NCBI GenBank assembly: GCA_012839185.1
Contig: DUNU01000022.1
Coordinates: 25,604-89,603, forward strand
DNA length: 64,000 nt
Direction: 5' to 3'
Origin: Clostridiales bacterium
GTDB taxonomy: Bacteria; Bacillota; Clostridia; Oscillospirales; Acutalibacteraceae
Under the pieces are notes generated by a model. It did no database searches and was not told where the DNA came from. It worked only from the letters and a program-made list of their open reading frames with translations. Positions 17,436 through 26,293 of this stretch are shown one piece after another. The position numbers were made by a program, and so were the translations under genes. Every line of letters begins with the position of its first letter. The stretch's first letter is position 1.

Positions 17436-18347
17436 ATGAAAATCTTGCGTAAAATTATTGGCATTGTACTACTGACAGTTTTCTTAATGACCGTGTTTTC
17501 ATTTTGGTGTTATGGTGTAAACAAAGATGAAAACTATGAACTGCTTTTGGAATATGGTTTCACATCAGATTATCTTGATAACTTAAGTGACGTGTTCATT
17601 GAAAAGATGGCTGATACAATCAGAGAAACGAGTGGGGAAAAACAGGCTAATGATTATTATTACTTGTTGTCCTGCGGCTATCCTAAAGCGTTTTTGGAAT
17701 TGCTGACTGACTCAACTCTGAAAAATATCGTTTCTTCAATAGGAGACAATGAAATTATATCTGTGACTTACACAAACAAAGATCCTGCTTTTAATATGAG
17801 TGACAATTCAAAAGTTGTAATCAAACGTGTTTCCGTCAAAATGAAAGATAAGAAAAGCGATAAAATTGTCGGTGAAACGGTATGCGTATATTGGGAATGG
17901 CTTGACAATAAGCCGTTGATAAGAGAAGAAGATTTTGTTGCAGTAAAATGGAACAGCGAGCTTTTCACATATAACCCGGATTCTTTCTATGCAGAAGATT
18001 ATTGGAAAGAAAACACAACGGATAAGTGGACGGTTGCCGATTCATATACCGTATTGACAAGAGCAACTCAGGAAGCAATCGGTCATTGGACAAAGCTTAA
18101 ATCATCAGGAAACATTGTCGGCGGTGCGATGATTTTCAGTTTGTTATCTAAATCTGAAATAGACAAAAAGACCGATTATACCAATAAGATAACGGTAGAG
18201 TATACTCATCAGTACAGATTGACGAAATTTATAATAATTGTCGTTATTCTTGTTGTAATATTATTAACTGCCGTAATAATTGTATTATCTAAAAAACACA
18301 GAAGAAAAATTCAAAAAACAACTGAAAGTCTTAAAAATAAGGACTGA
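17436..18347 (+). CDS. Exported protein of unknown function with a C-terminal TM anchor
   Basis: N-terminal signal IGIVLLTVFLMTVFSFWCYG. An internal duplicated segment reads LLEYGFTSDYLDNLSDVFIEKM / LLSCGYPKAFLELLTDSTLKNI. C-terminal TM FIIIVVILVVILLTAVIIVL followed by KKHRRK. Confidence 0.6.
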   Translation: MKILRKIIGIVLLTVFLMTVFSFWCYGVNKDENYELLLEYGFTSDYLDNLSDVFIEKMADTIRETSGEKQANDYYYLLSCGYPKAFLELLTDSTLKNIVSSIGDNEIISVTYTNKDPAFNMSDNSKVVIKRVSVKMKDKKSDKIVGETVCVYWEWLDNKPLIREEDFVAVKWNSELFTYNPDSFYAEDYWKENTTDKWTVADSYTVLTRATQEAIGHWTKLKSSGNIVGGAMIFSLLSKSEIDKKTDYTNKITVEYTHQYRLTKFIIIVVILVVILLTAVIIVLSKKHRRKIQKTTESLKNKD

Positions 18348-18452
18348 GTATATCAATAAAGGAAAATTAAAGCATTATTGATTTTTTGATAAAGAAGTAA
18401 ATTTTTCTCGAATATTTCCATTGTTAGATAAAAATAAAGGAATTAAATAAAA

Positions 18453-18884
18453 ATGAAAAAGATAATTGTTCTGTTGACCGTTGTTCTTTGTTTTGCAATG
18501 CTGTCTTCATGCACAACAGGTGAAGAAACGGATAGCTCAACGATGACAACGACGGAGATTAATGCTCCAACCGGACGCGATGACGGACTGCCGCAAAAAG
18601 CAATGATTTTTTATAACGACTGCCTTTATGAAGCCGATCTGTACTTTTTCATGCTTGAAGAAAACGGGGGATATGTTGAAGTTCCTGATGCAAATAAAAA
18701 AGAGGTCTATGAACAGGAACACATTTTGACACCCTGCGGGAAAATAGAGAGCGTAATTGATACTGTGCCGGACAAAAATTTTGTCGGCTACGGAGTAAAA
18801 GAAGGTACACCTATGTACACAGATGAACTTGGTAATCTCTTTATTGAAACAGACGGTATTTTACGGGCATTTGTACTATCTTAA
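18453..18884 (+). CDS. Lipoprotein of unknown function
   Basis: Lipobox LSSC after the signal MKKIIVLLTVVLCFAM. Confidence 0.65.
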   Translation: MKKIIVLLTVVLCFAMLSSCTTGEETDSSTMTTTEINAPTGRDDGLPQKAMIFYNDCLYEADLYFFMLEENGGYVEVPDANKKEVYEQEHILTPCGKIESVIDTVPDKNFVGYGVKEGTPMYTDELGNLFIETDGILRAFVLS

Positions 18885-18905
18885 TTTTGAATATGAGGCA
18901 TAAAC

Positions 18906-19442
18906 ATGAAAAACACAAAGAAAAAACGCAGAATACTAATGTTTCTGTCCGTGATTTTAGCAATTATTTTAATTTCATCTATTACCTTAAGTTTTTATTT
19001 CCTGAGACCATTAAGATATTCCAATGCTGAAATAATAGTTTATAACTTTGATTATCAACCGGCGTTTGACAGTAAGATTCGTCAATATAACGAGAATAGT
19101 CTTGTCAGCTTTAGGAATGAAAATTGCACATTTTCTTCGCGAGACATGAATGATTATTGCAAGGTCAATGTCAGCGTGGATGTATATAACAGAACAGGGA
19201 TAAATGCATTTGTTAATTATATTTATCCGATTACTGACAATGATTTTATTATTTTCGGAATTATTCCCCTTGCCACAATGCAAGCACCCGCAAATACCAT
19301 TTCGGAATGTTACAGTACATTCATCTGCTTAAGGAATGGTAAAACTGATGAAGAAATAATTAACGCAATGTCTGAAATGGATTACAAGATAGTCTTTGGT
19401 AACAGTGTTCTCTGGGAAAATAGTCAGACAATACATTTTTAA
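18906..19442 (+). CDS. Membrane-anchored protein of unknown function
   Basis: Basic N-terminus KKKRR followed by TM ILMFLSVILAIILISSITLSFYF. Confidence 0.55.
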   Translation: MKNTKKKRRILMFLSVILAIILISSITLSFYFLRPLRYSNAEIIVYNFDYQPAFDSKIRQYNENSLVSFRNENCTFSSRDMNDYCKVNVSVDVYNRTGINAFVNYIYPITDNDFIIFGIIPLATMQAPANTISECYSTFICLRNGKTDEEIINAMSEMDYKIVFGNSVLWENSQTIHF

Positions 19443-19542
19443 TTTATTGTAATTTAATTAAAAAGAATTTGTTGTTTATATTATAAAATAAGAAGGTTTT
19501 GAATATAGACGTTAATGCAAATATGAAGGCAGTTTTTCAGAA

Positions 19543-19575
19543 TAAAAAAGCATCTCTCGGTTTTCCCGTGAGATG
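19543..19575 (-). terminator. Rho-independent terminator of the XRE gene
   Basis: CATCTCTCGG-ttttc-CCGTGAGATG (one mismatch), followed on the minus strand by T6. Confidence 0.65.
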
Positions 19576-19606
19576 TATTTATTAGCTATCAAAATACTTT
19601 TCGATA

Positions 19607-19852
19607 TTATTCAGCACCGACAAGCCAAAGCATTGAAACGCCGAGAATTTCAGAAATGGCAAGAAGCTCTCTGTCACTTACACTTCGAAGCTGTCCTTCA
19701 ATTTTTGAAAGAGCAGATGAATTAAGGTCAATACCTTTGAGTTGAAGTTGCATAAGCAAGTCTTTTTGTTTCATGTTGAGAGCAGTGCGACGCTGTTCTA
19801 TCCGAATGCCGCAGATGTTTTTATCTCCGATTTCCTGTTTTCTTAAACGCAT
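19607..19852 (-). CDS. XRE-family helix-turn-helix transcriptional regulator
   Basis: HTH_3-like segment IRIEQRRTALNMKQKDLLMQLQ..SALSKIEG in an 81-aa protein. Confidence 0.75.
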   Translation of the reverse strand: MRLRKQEIGDKNICGIRIEQRRTALNMKQKDLLMQLQLKGIDLNSSALSKIEGQLRSVSDRELLAISEILGVSMLWLVGAE

Positions 19853-20008
19853 ATAAAAACTCCTGTTTTTTTTAATAATATCACATTTTTTTCTTTATAT
19901 CAATATAAAAAAATCAATTTTTATACAAATTCTTACTTTATATACAAAAATCGAACTTTTGTCTATTATCTTTTTTCTCTTTTGGCAATTAAGTTTTAGA
20001 AAATGTTC

Positions 20009-20037
20009 TTGCAATTAGCAACTAAATGTGTTATTAT
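20009..20037 (+). promoter_or_regulatory. Sigma-A-type promoter of pncB
   Basis: TTGCAA-17 nt-TATTAT. Confidence 0.5.
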
Positions 20038-20095
20038 ATACTGGAAGTTGATATAATAGATAAGTAGTAGCCAAATTGATTAACGGAGGATATTT

Positions 20096-21541
20096 ATGAG
20101 TATTTCTGACAATTTGAATCTTTCGATTTTTACCGATTATTATTCTTTTGCTACTGCAAACGGTTTTTTACGCGAAGGAATTGGCGAGAAAATCGCTTGG
20201 TTTGATTTGATTTTCAGAAAAAATCCGAATTATAACGGTTTTGCCATTGTTGCAGGACTTAAAGAAACTTGTGAATATTTATCAAAACTTAAATTTAGTG
20301 AGGATGACATTGAGTTTCTTCGCTCAAATGGTATGGATGAAGATTTTCTTGCTTACCTTCGTGATTTCAAGTTTACTTGTGATGTCTGGGCAATTCCGGA
20401 GGGTACTCCCGTATTTCCCGGCGAGCCGGTTATAAAAGTTCGCGGTCCGATGATTCAGGCACAACTTATAGAAACGGTTTTACAACTTACCATTAACCAT
20501 TCGACTGTTATAGCTACAAAAGCAAATAAAATAGTCCGTGCGGCAGGCGGCAGACGGGTAGTCGAATTTGGCGTAAGGAAAGCACATGGTCCGTTTGCAT
20601 CGCTCTACGGTTCAAGGGCGGCGTATATCGGCGGTTGTAACGCTACCACTTCAACCGTTGCCGCAAAAGAATTCGGTATTCCGCTGTTTGTCGGTATGAA
20701 CCACAGTTTTATTCAGATGTTTGATAACGAATTGGATGCTTTTCGTGCTTATGCCAGATGCTATCCCGATAATTGCGTATTATTGATTGATACATTCGAT
20801 TGTATGAATTCGGGGCTTAAGAATGCTATAAAAGTATTTAATGAAATTATTTTGCCTCTTGGATTCAGACCGAAGGGTGTTCGTATTGACAGCGGAGATT
20901 TGACTTATTTGTCAAAGAATATCCGCAGAGAACTCAATGATGTGGGTTTTCCGGATTGCGATATTATTGTATCCAATTCACTTGATGAGTACATTATCCG
21001 TGAAATGCTTCAGCATGGAGCAAGAGCAGACACATTTTTATGCGGCGAACGTCTTGTAACTCCCTTTGATAAGGGTGCATTCGGTGGTGCATATCGCTTG
21101 GTTGCTGTTGATAACGGCGAGGAAATTGAGCCGAAACTGCGTATTTATCAGAACGTTTCAAAAATTGCGGCTCCTTGTTCAAAATTAGTCTGGCGTCTGT
21201 TCGATAACGAAACGGGCAAGGCAATAGCCGATGTTCTTACATTGGAAGATGAAGATTTGGGCAAGTGTTCAAGTTATGAACTTTTTGATCCTGATTATAC
21301 TTGGAAACGCAAAACGGTTGATAATTTTGTTTCAAGACAGTTGCTTGTCCCCATATTTATCAACGGTGAATGTATTTATAAATCCCCGTCTTTAGATGAT
21401 ATTCGTTCATATTGTGCCGAGCAGGTTGATGCTCTTTGGGAGGAAGTCCTCCGCTTTGAAAATCCGCACGGTTATTATGTTGATATGTCGCAAGATTTAT
21501 GGGAAATTCGTCAGGAGTTAATTACAAAAACTTATGAATGA
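20096..21541 (+). CDS. pncB: Nicotinate phosphoribosyltransferase
   Basis: 481 aa starting L..FTDYY.F..ANGF. Contains motifs FGVRKAHG and GVRIDSGDL. Confidence 0.9.
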   Translation: MSISDNLNLSIFTDYYSFATANGFLREGIGEKIAWFDLIFRKNPNYNGFAIVAGLKETCEYLSKLKFSEDDIEFLRSNGMDEDFLAYLRDFKFTCDVWAIPEGTPVFPGEPVIKVRGPMIQAQLIETVLQLTINHSTVIATKANKIVRAAGGRRVVEFGVRKAHGPFASLYGSRAAYIGGCNATTSTVAAKEFGIPLFVGMNHSFIQMFDNELDAFRAYARCYPDNCVLLIDTFDCMNSGLKNAIKVFNEIILPLGFRPKGVRIDSGDLTYLSKNIRRELNDVGFPDCDIIVSNSLDEYIIREMLQHGARADTFLCGERLVTPFDKGAFGGAYRLVAVDNGEEIEPKLRIYQNVSKIAAPCSKLVWRLFDNETGKAIADVLTLEDEDLGKCSSYELFDPDYTWKRKTVDNFVSRQLLVPIFINGECIYKSPSLDDIRSYCAEQVDALWEEVLRFENPHGYYVDMSQDLWEIRQELITKTYE

Positions 21542-21812
21542 TATAGATAGACAGGCTGCAATCAATAAATATGAAGAAAATTTGGTTGCTCAAAATATAA
21601 AAGAAAAGAAAATTTCAGTTGTAAGCATTTTTTCAGCGGCTGTTTTCGCTGCAATTGTTGCATATTTTGTTTCTTGCGTAGCATCTTACGGATACCTTCA
21701 TGTTTTTTCAACGCTTCAAGGTTTTCAGGATGTTTTGACAGAAAGTTACAATTTAATTATCGCTTTTGTCGCTTTTCTCTTTACTTTAATTGTCGGTTTG
21801 GTAAAGAGATAG
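21534..21812 (+). CDS. Small membrane protein of unknown function
   Basis: Overlaps the pncB stop. Two hydrophobic helices: VVSIFSAAVFAAIVAYFVSCV and LIIAFVAFLFTLIVGLV. Confidence 0.45.
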   Translation: MNDIDRQAAINKYEENLVAQNIKEKKISVVSIFSAAVFAAIVAYFVSCVASYGYLHVFSTLQGFQDVLTESYNLIIAFVAFLFTLIVGLVKR

Positions 21813-21870
21813 CGGTAAAAAATATTCGCACTGTATCTTTTTTTAAGAACAGTAGCAAAGGAGTATTGTT

Positions 21871-22470
21871 ATGAAAACAAAAACCAATCGTTCGCAAATC
21901 CAGAAGCTCGCAATCGGCGCAATTATGACTGCACTCGTGGTGGTACTTCAATTGGTCGGTAGCACTATCCGCTTAGGTCCATTCTCAATTTCTCTTGTGC
22001 TTATCCCGATAGTAATCGGTGCTGCTATGTCCGGTATCGGAATTGGCAGTTGGCTTGGTTTGGTCTTCGGTGTTGTCGTCTTGTTAAGCGGTGATGCGTC
22101 GGCTTTCCTCGCCTTAAGTGTACCCGGTGCAATCATCACTTGTATTGTCAAGGGTGTTGCTTGCGGTGCTGCTGCCGGTTTGGTATACAAACTGCTTGAG
22201 AAGAAAAATCGCTATCTTGCGGTTATTGTTGCAGCAATAGTTTGTCCTATTGTCAATACAGGTGTCTTCCTTTTATGTTCTCGCATATTCTTCTTTGAGG
22301 CAATCAAGGAATGGGGACTTTCAGCTGGTTATGAAAATGTTGTTGCTTATATGTTCTTAGGATTAGTCGGCGGCAATTTCCTTGTAGAACTTGCTTCCAA
22401 CATTGTTTTAAGTCCTATTGTTGTCCGTATTCTTAACGCAGTTCTTAAAAGAAAAGATACTGTTGAATAA
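21871..22470 (+). CDS. ECF-transporter substrate-binding (S) component, substrate unknown
   Basis: 199 aa with about 6 TM helices, an N-terminus typical of S components (KLAIGAIMTALVVVLQ), and SD AAGGAG. Confidence 0.6.
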   Translation: MKTKTNRSQIQKLAIGAIMTALVVVLQLVGSTIRLGPFSISLVLIPIVIGAAMSGIGIGSWLGLVFGVVVLLSGDASAFLALSVPGAIITCIVKGVACGAAAGLVYKLLEKKNRYLAVIVAAIVCPIVNTGVFLLCSRIFFFEAIKEWGLSAGYENVVAYMFLGLVGGNFLVELASNIVLSPIVVRILNAVLKRKDTVE

Positions 22471-22608
22471 TCGGGAATAAAAAACTGATAATCAGAAATT
22501 GCGGTGGGAGATTGTTCTGATTTCCCACACAATTTCCTTACATTTAATTGAAAATCTTAGCTCTTCGTTTCGCTCTAATAATAAAAATCATAAAACAAGG
22601 TAAACAAA

Positions 22609-24027
22609 ATGCGTCATACAAAAATAATTTGCACGTTAGGTCCTGCAAGTTCATCCGAAAAAGAGATTGAAAAAATGCTCAAAAACGGAATGAATGTCGC
22701 TCGTCTTAATTTTTCTCACGGCACACATGAATCTCATAAGGAAACTATCGAGAGATTTCGTAAAGTCCGTGATGAAATGGGCATTGCGGCAGCAGTCTTA
22801 CTCGACACGAAAGGTCCTGAAATTCGTATCGGAGAATTTGAAAACTCGCCGGTTATCCTTAAAACCGGTGATGATTTTACATTAACAATAAGGGATGTTG
22901 TCGGTACAAATTCAGTCGTGCATGTGGATTACAAGCATTTTGCCGAGGAAATAAAAGAAGGTCTTAAACTTTTGCTTGATGACGGAAAAATTACACTTAA
23001 AGTATTGCGTAAGACAAAGACGGATGTTGTTTGCAAAGTGGTTGAAGGCGGAGAGCTTGCAAATAGAAAGAGTATAAATATCCCTTATTTTCATATGAAT
23101 ATGCCGTATATTTCCGAGCAAGATAAAGAGGACTTGCTTTTCGGAATAAAAATGGACGTGGATTTCATTGCGGCATCTTTTGTACGTTCAAAAGATGATG
23201 TTATTAAGTTGAGAAATTTCTTAGATTTCCACGGCGGTCATAGTATAAAGATTATTGCTAAGATTGAAAATAATGAGGGCGTAGAGAATTTTGATGAAAT
23301 ATTAAAACACTCTGACGGAATTATGGTAGCTCGCGGCGATATGGGTGTTGAAGTGGAATTTGAGCGACTTCCCGGAATTCAGAAGGTAATGATTAAAAAA
23401 TGCTATCAGTCAGGAAAAATGGTTATCACCGCAACTCAGATGCTCGAGTCAATGGTCAGTTCTCCGACACCCACTCGTGCGGAAATCAGCGATGTGGCAA
23501 ACGCTGTATTTGACGGCACTTCCGCTGTTATGCTTTCCGCTGAAACTGCAATGGGTGTAAATCCCGCAAGAGTGGTTAAAGTTATGGCAAAAATCGTACA
23601 GCAGGCTGAAGCTGATGCTTTTGCTATGAATGCTTATCAAGGCTATGACTATGAAATTGACACGGACGATATTGCAAATGCGATATGTGATGCTGCCCAC
23701 ACGACTGCAAAAGATATAAAAGCAAAAGCGATTATTACGGTTACAAAGAGCGGACATACTGCCAGACGAGCATCGAAATTCAGACCTTTTGAACCTATCG
23801 TCGGTGCTACTCCCGATGTTAAAACTTTTCATCAGCTTTCATTATCTTGGGGGGTTGTTCCTGTTTTAGCATTAAGTCAGGAAACCTCCGATGCACTTAT
23901 TCAACATGCAGTTGACTGTGCAAAGACGATAAATGTTGTTAAAAAAGGCGATATAGTGGTTGTTATCGCCGGTATTCCCGTAAATATTGCCGGTATGACA
24001 AATCTTATCAAAGTTACGACAGTATGA
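22609..24027 (+). CDS. pyk: Pyruvate kinase
   Basis: Motifs TKIICTLGPAS, GMNVARLNFSHG, MVARGDMGVE and the MLESM region. Confidence 0.96.
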   Translation: MRHTKIICTLGPASSSEKEIEKMLKNGMNVARLNFSHGTHESHKETIERFRKVRDEMGIAAAVLLDTKGPEIRIGEFENSPVILKTGDDFTLTIRDVVGTNSVVHVDYKHFAEEIKEGLKLLLDDGKITLKVLRKTKTDVVCKVVEGGELANRKSINIPYFHMNMPYISEQDKEDLLFGIKMDVDFIAASFVRSKDDVIKLRNFLDFHGGHSIKIIAKIENNEGVENFDEILKHSDGIMVARGDMGVEVEFERLPGIQKVMIKKCYQSGKMVITATQMLESMVSSPTPTRAEISDVANAVFDGTSAVMLSAETAMGVNPARVVKVMAKIVQQAEADAFAMNAYQGYDYEIDTDDIANAICDAAHTTAKDIKAKAIITVTKSGHTARRASKFRPFEPIVGATPDVKTFHQLSLSWGVVPVLALSQETSDALIQHAVDCAKTINVVKKGDIVVVIAGIPVNIAGMTNLIKVTTV

Positions 24028-24647
24028 TAAAATTAGTCCTTTGGGATTGGAATGGTACAATTCTTGATGACGTATATCAAAGCATGGAAGCTGTCAATCG
24101 TATGCTTGACAGAAAGAATATGCCGAGAATTGATATTGACAAATATTATTCTTTAGTCGATACCCCGATTGAACGATTTTATCATAAATTATTCGGTACA
24201 ACGGACATTGATTTTGCCGAGATTGCACACGAATTTCACAACGATTATGACGAGCAGATACCGACACTTTCGCTTAATGACGGAGCGAATGAAATGCTTG
24301 AATATTTTGAAAGTATCGGAGCAAAGCAGGCTGTAATATCTTCCGCTCATGTAGATATGATTGAAAAAGTTATCGATAATTTCGATGTTCGTAAATATTT
24401 TGATGTGATTTTAGCCTCAAGAGATAAGGAAGCGGGAAGTAAGATCGAGCGTGCAAAAAAATATTTTGAAAATGTCAGAAAAAGTCCCGATGAAACGATA
24501 TTTATCGGGGACACATTACATGATTTTGAAACCGCAAAGGCTTTGGGCGTAAAATGTATTTTGACTACACAGGGGCATCAGACAAGAAGAGAATTTAAAA
24601 GTATCGATGCTTTGATTGTGGATAATTTGGAGGAGATTAACTTATGA
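24024..24647 (+). CDS. HAD-superfamily hydrolase (subfamily IA-like)
   Basis: Motif I variant LWDWNGTILDD, motif II ISSA, and motif IV-like FIGDTLHD. Confidence 0.75.
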   Translation: MIKLVLWDWNGTILDDVYQSMEAVNRMLDRKNMPRIDIDKYYSLVDTPIERFYHKLFGTTDIDFAEIAHEFHNDYDEQIPTLSLNDGANEMLEYFESIGAKQAVISSAHVDMIEKVIDNFDVRKYFDVILASRDKEAGSKIERAKKYFENVRKSPDETIFIGDTLHDFETAKALGVKCILTTQGHQTRREFKSIDALIVDNLEEINL

Positions 24648-26221
24648 AATTAAAGACATCTCTGAAAATCGGTGCGGCTGGTATGTTGGCTGCTGCCGGA
24701 TTTTTTACCAAGAAATTCTTTGAAACCTTTGACGGCAAGCGGTTTGCCTTTGATAAAGTGAATGATTTTGTATATTCATTTTGCAAGAATTTCGCTAAAA
24801 TAATTCCCGACGACCATTTCCCTTATGCCTTTGAATATGACAATATTGGCTTTATGGCAGGGAATGAGGAGATTGCAAAAGAGCCGATTGAGAACGCTGT
24901 CTGGCGATGCGGTTATTCAAAAGCAAGTCTTCTTCCTGACGAAATAACCGACGGAACATATTATGTCGGCGGTTATCTTCATATGCCGCCCAATGTTGCA
25001 AATGACGTGCTTGATGATCAGATGTTTCGTTGTTACGCACTAAATGACGGAAGGGCAACTTCTGTTTTCGGCGTAATCGACTGTGTCGGTATTTCCAATC
25101 ACGATATACGTGATATTCGTATTGCATTAGCCGATTTTTGTCGTGAAAATAATGTGGTAAGCATAAATATTTCCGCCTCTCATTCGCATTCCGAGATTGA
25201 TACTCAAGGTCTATGGGGAGATTTGTTTGAGATGCTTAAGAAAAATCCGCTTAAAATCATCAACGGCGAAGGGGATTATTTATCGGGCAGAAATCCGGAA
25301 CACATGGCAAATCTCAAAACTCGCTGTGCCGAGAGTATTAAAGAGGCTGTACTCAACATGAAGACAGGCAAACTCTATTCGTCTGTTGTTGACGGCACTC
25401 GTTTTGTCCGTGATAAGCGTCCGCCCAATGTAATGGTAACGGATATTTTGAATATTAAGTTTATCCCCGATGACGGTTCAGCACCGACTCACGCGGTATA
25501 TATGGCGGCTCATCCGACACAGTTCGGCGATGACAACAAGATGATTTCCGCTGATTTTCCGTATTATGTCTGTGAGGAACTTGAAAAGAACGGTGAAAAT
25601 GCTCTGTTTTTCCAAAGTGCCGAACTTGCCGTTGCCACCGACAGAGGTCCGAATGTTCCCGAGGGATTGGATAGAATAGGCGAAATTCAGGCTTACGGCA
25701 GAGCAGTCGGTCGTTATTGTATTGATAACTATGACCAAAATGCCAAGGAGATTAAACCCTTATTGAATGTCCGCAATCACGAAGTATTCCTTGCGGTTGA
25801 AAATTATCTCTATCTTATTATCGGCAGACTTAGAATAGTTACAAATAATATGGTGCGTGTCGGCGATAAGAAAACAGACATGAATTTCGTTACCGAAGTC
25901 GGTATGATTAAACTCGGCGATGATTTGAATATTGTTATGGTACCCGGCGAAATGGCTCCTGAATTGTTGCTCGGCGGATGTTTCTCTGCAGAAGAAAGTT
26001 ATAACCGTGAAGAATGGACAATGCCGCCCATGAAAGACATGGCAAGCGGTTATATGCATTGCGTCGGTCTTTGCAATGATGCGATTGGATATATCTTGCC
26101 CGATAACGATTTCGGCTCGGTTATCGCACCTTTGCACTATGAAGAAGCAGTATCCACCGGAAAACGTGCAGGCAGTCAGATTGTCGGTGCATTTAAGAAA
26201 GTCGCTGCGGAGTTTCAGTAA
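24644..26221 (+). CDS. Membrane-anchored hypothetical hydrolase, possibly neutral-ceramidase-like
   Basis: N-terminal TM IGAAGMLAAAGFF. The segment INISASHSHSEIDTQGLWG resembles the H-x-H-S metal motif of the neutral/alkaline ceramidase N-domain. This is a weak by-eye call. Confidence 0.35.
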   Translation: MKLKTSLKIGAAGMLAAAGFFTKKFFETFDGKRFAFDKVNDFVYSFCKNFAKIIPDDHFPYAFEYDNIGFMAGNEEIAKEPIENAVWRCGYSKASLLPDEITDGTYYVGGYLHMPPNVANDVLDDQMFRCYALNDGRATSVFGVIDCVGISNHDIRDIRIALADFCRENNVVSINISASHSHSEIDTQGLWGDLFEMLKKNPLKIINGEGDYLSGRNPEHMANLKTRCAESIKEAVLNMKTGKLYSSVVDGTRFVRDKRPPNVMVTDILNIKFIPDDGSAPTHAVYMAAHPTQFGDDNKMISADFPYYVCEELEKNGENALFFQSAELAVATDRGPNVPEGLDRIGEIQAYGRAVGRYCIDNYDQNAKEIKPLLNVRNHEVFLAVENYLYLIIGRLRIVTNNMVRVGDKKTDMNFVTEVGMIKLGDDLNIVMVPGEMAPELLLGGCFSAEESYNREEWTMPPMKDMASGYMHCVGLCNDAIGYILPDNDFGSVIAPLHYEEAVSTGKRAGSQIVGAFKKVAAEFQ

Positions 26222-26293
26222 TAATCGCAAATAACGGATTTGCTCTGATAAAACAATAAATTTTACTCAACAAAACGAAAGAGAGGTATATTT

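Noticed and set aside
10180-19860. Prophage or integrative element inserted at tRNA-Leu
   Set aside because: I recognised no integrase, recombinase, transposase, or phage structural or replication genes in the track. The AT-rich island also lies on the 5' side of the tRNA, not at its 3' end where tRNA-targeting integrases insert.
21813-21870. Riboswitch upstream of the ECF S-component; also checked upstream of folP and pncB
   Set aside because: The spacer before 21871 is only 58 nt. The fol genes have no spacers at all. The pncB leader is about 55 nt with no conserved riboswitch core that I could recognise.
25760-26230. 156-aa minus-strand ORF at the end of the ceramidase-like gene
   Set aside because: It lies entirely inside the + strand ORF, has no SD and has no recognisable motif. 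It is a shadow ORF.
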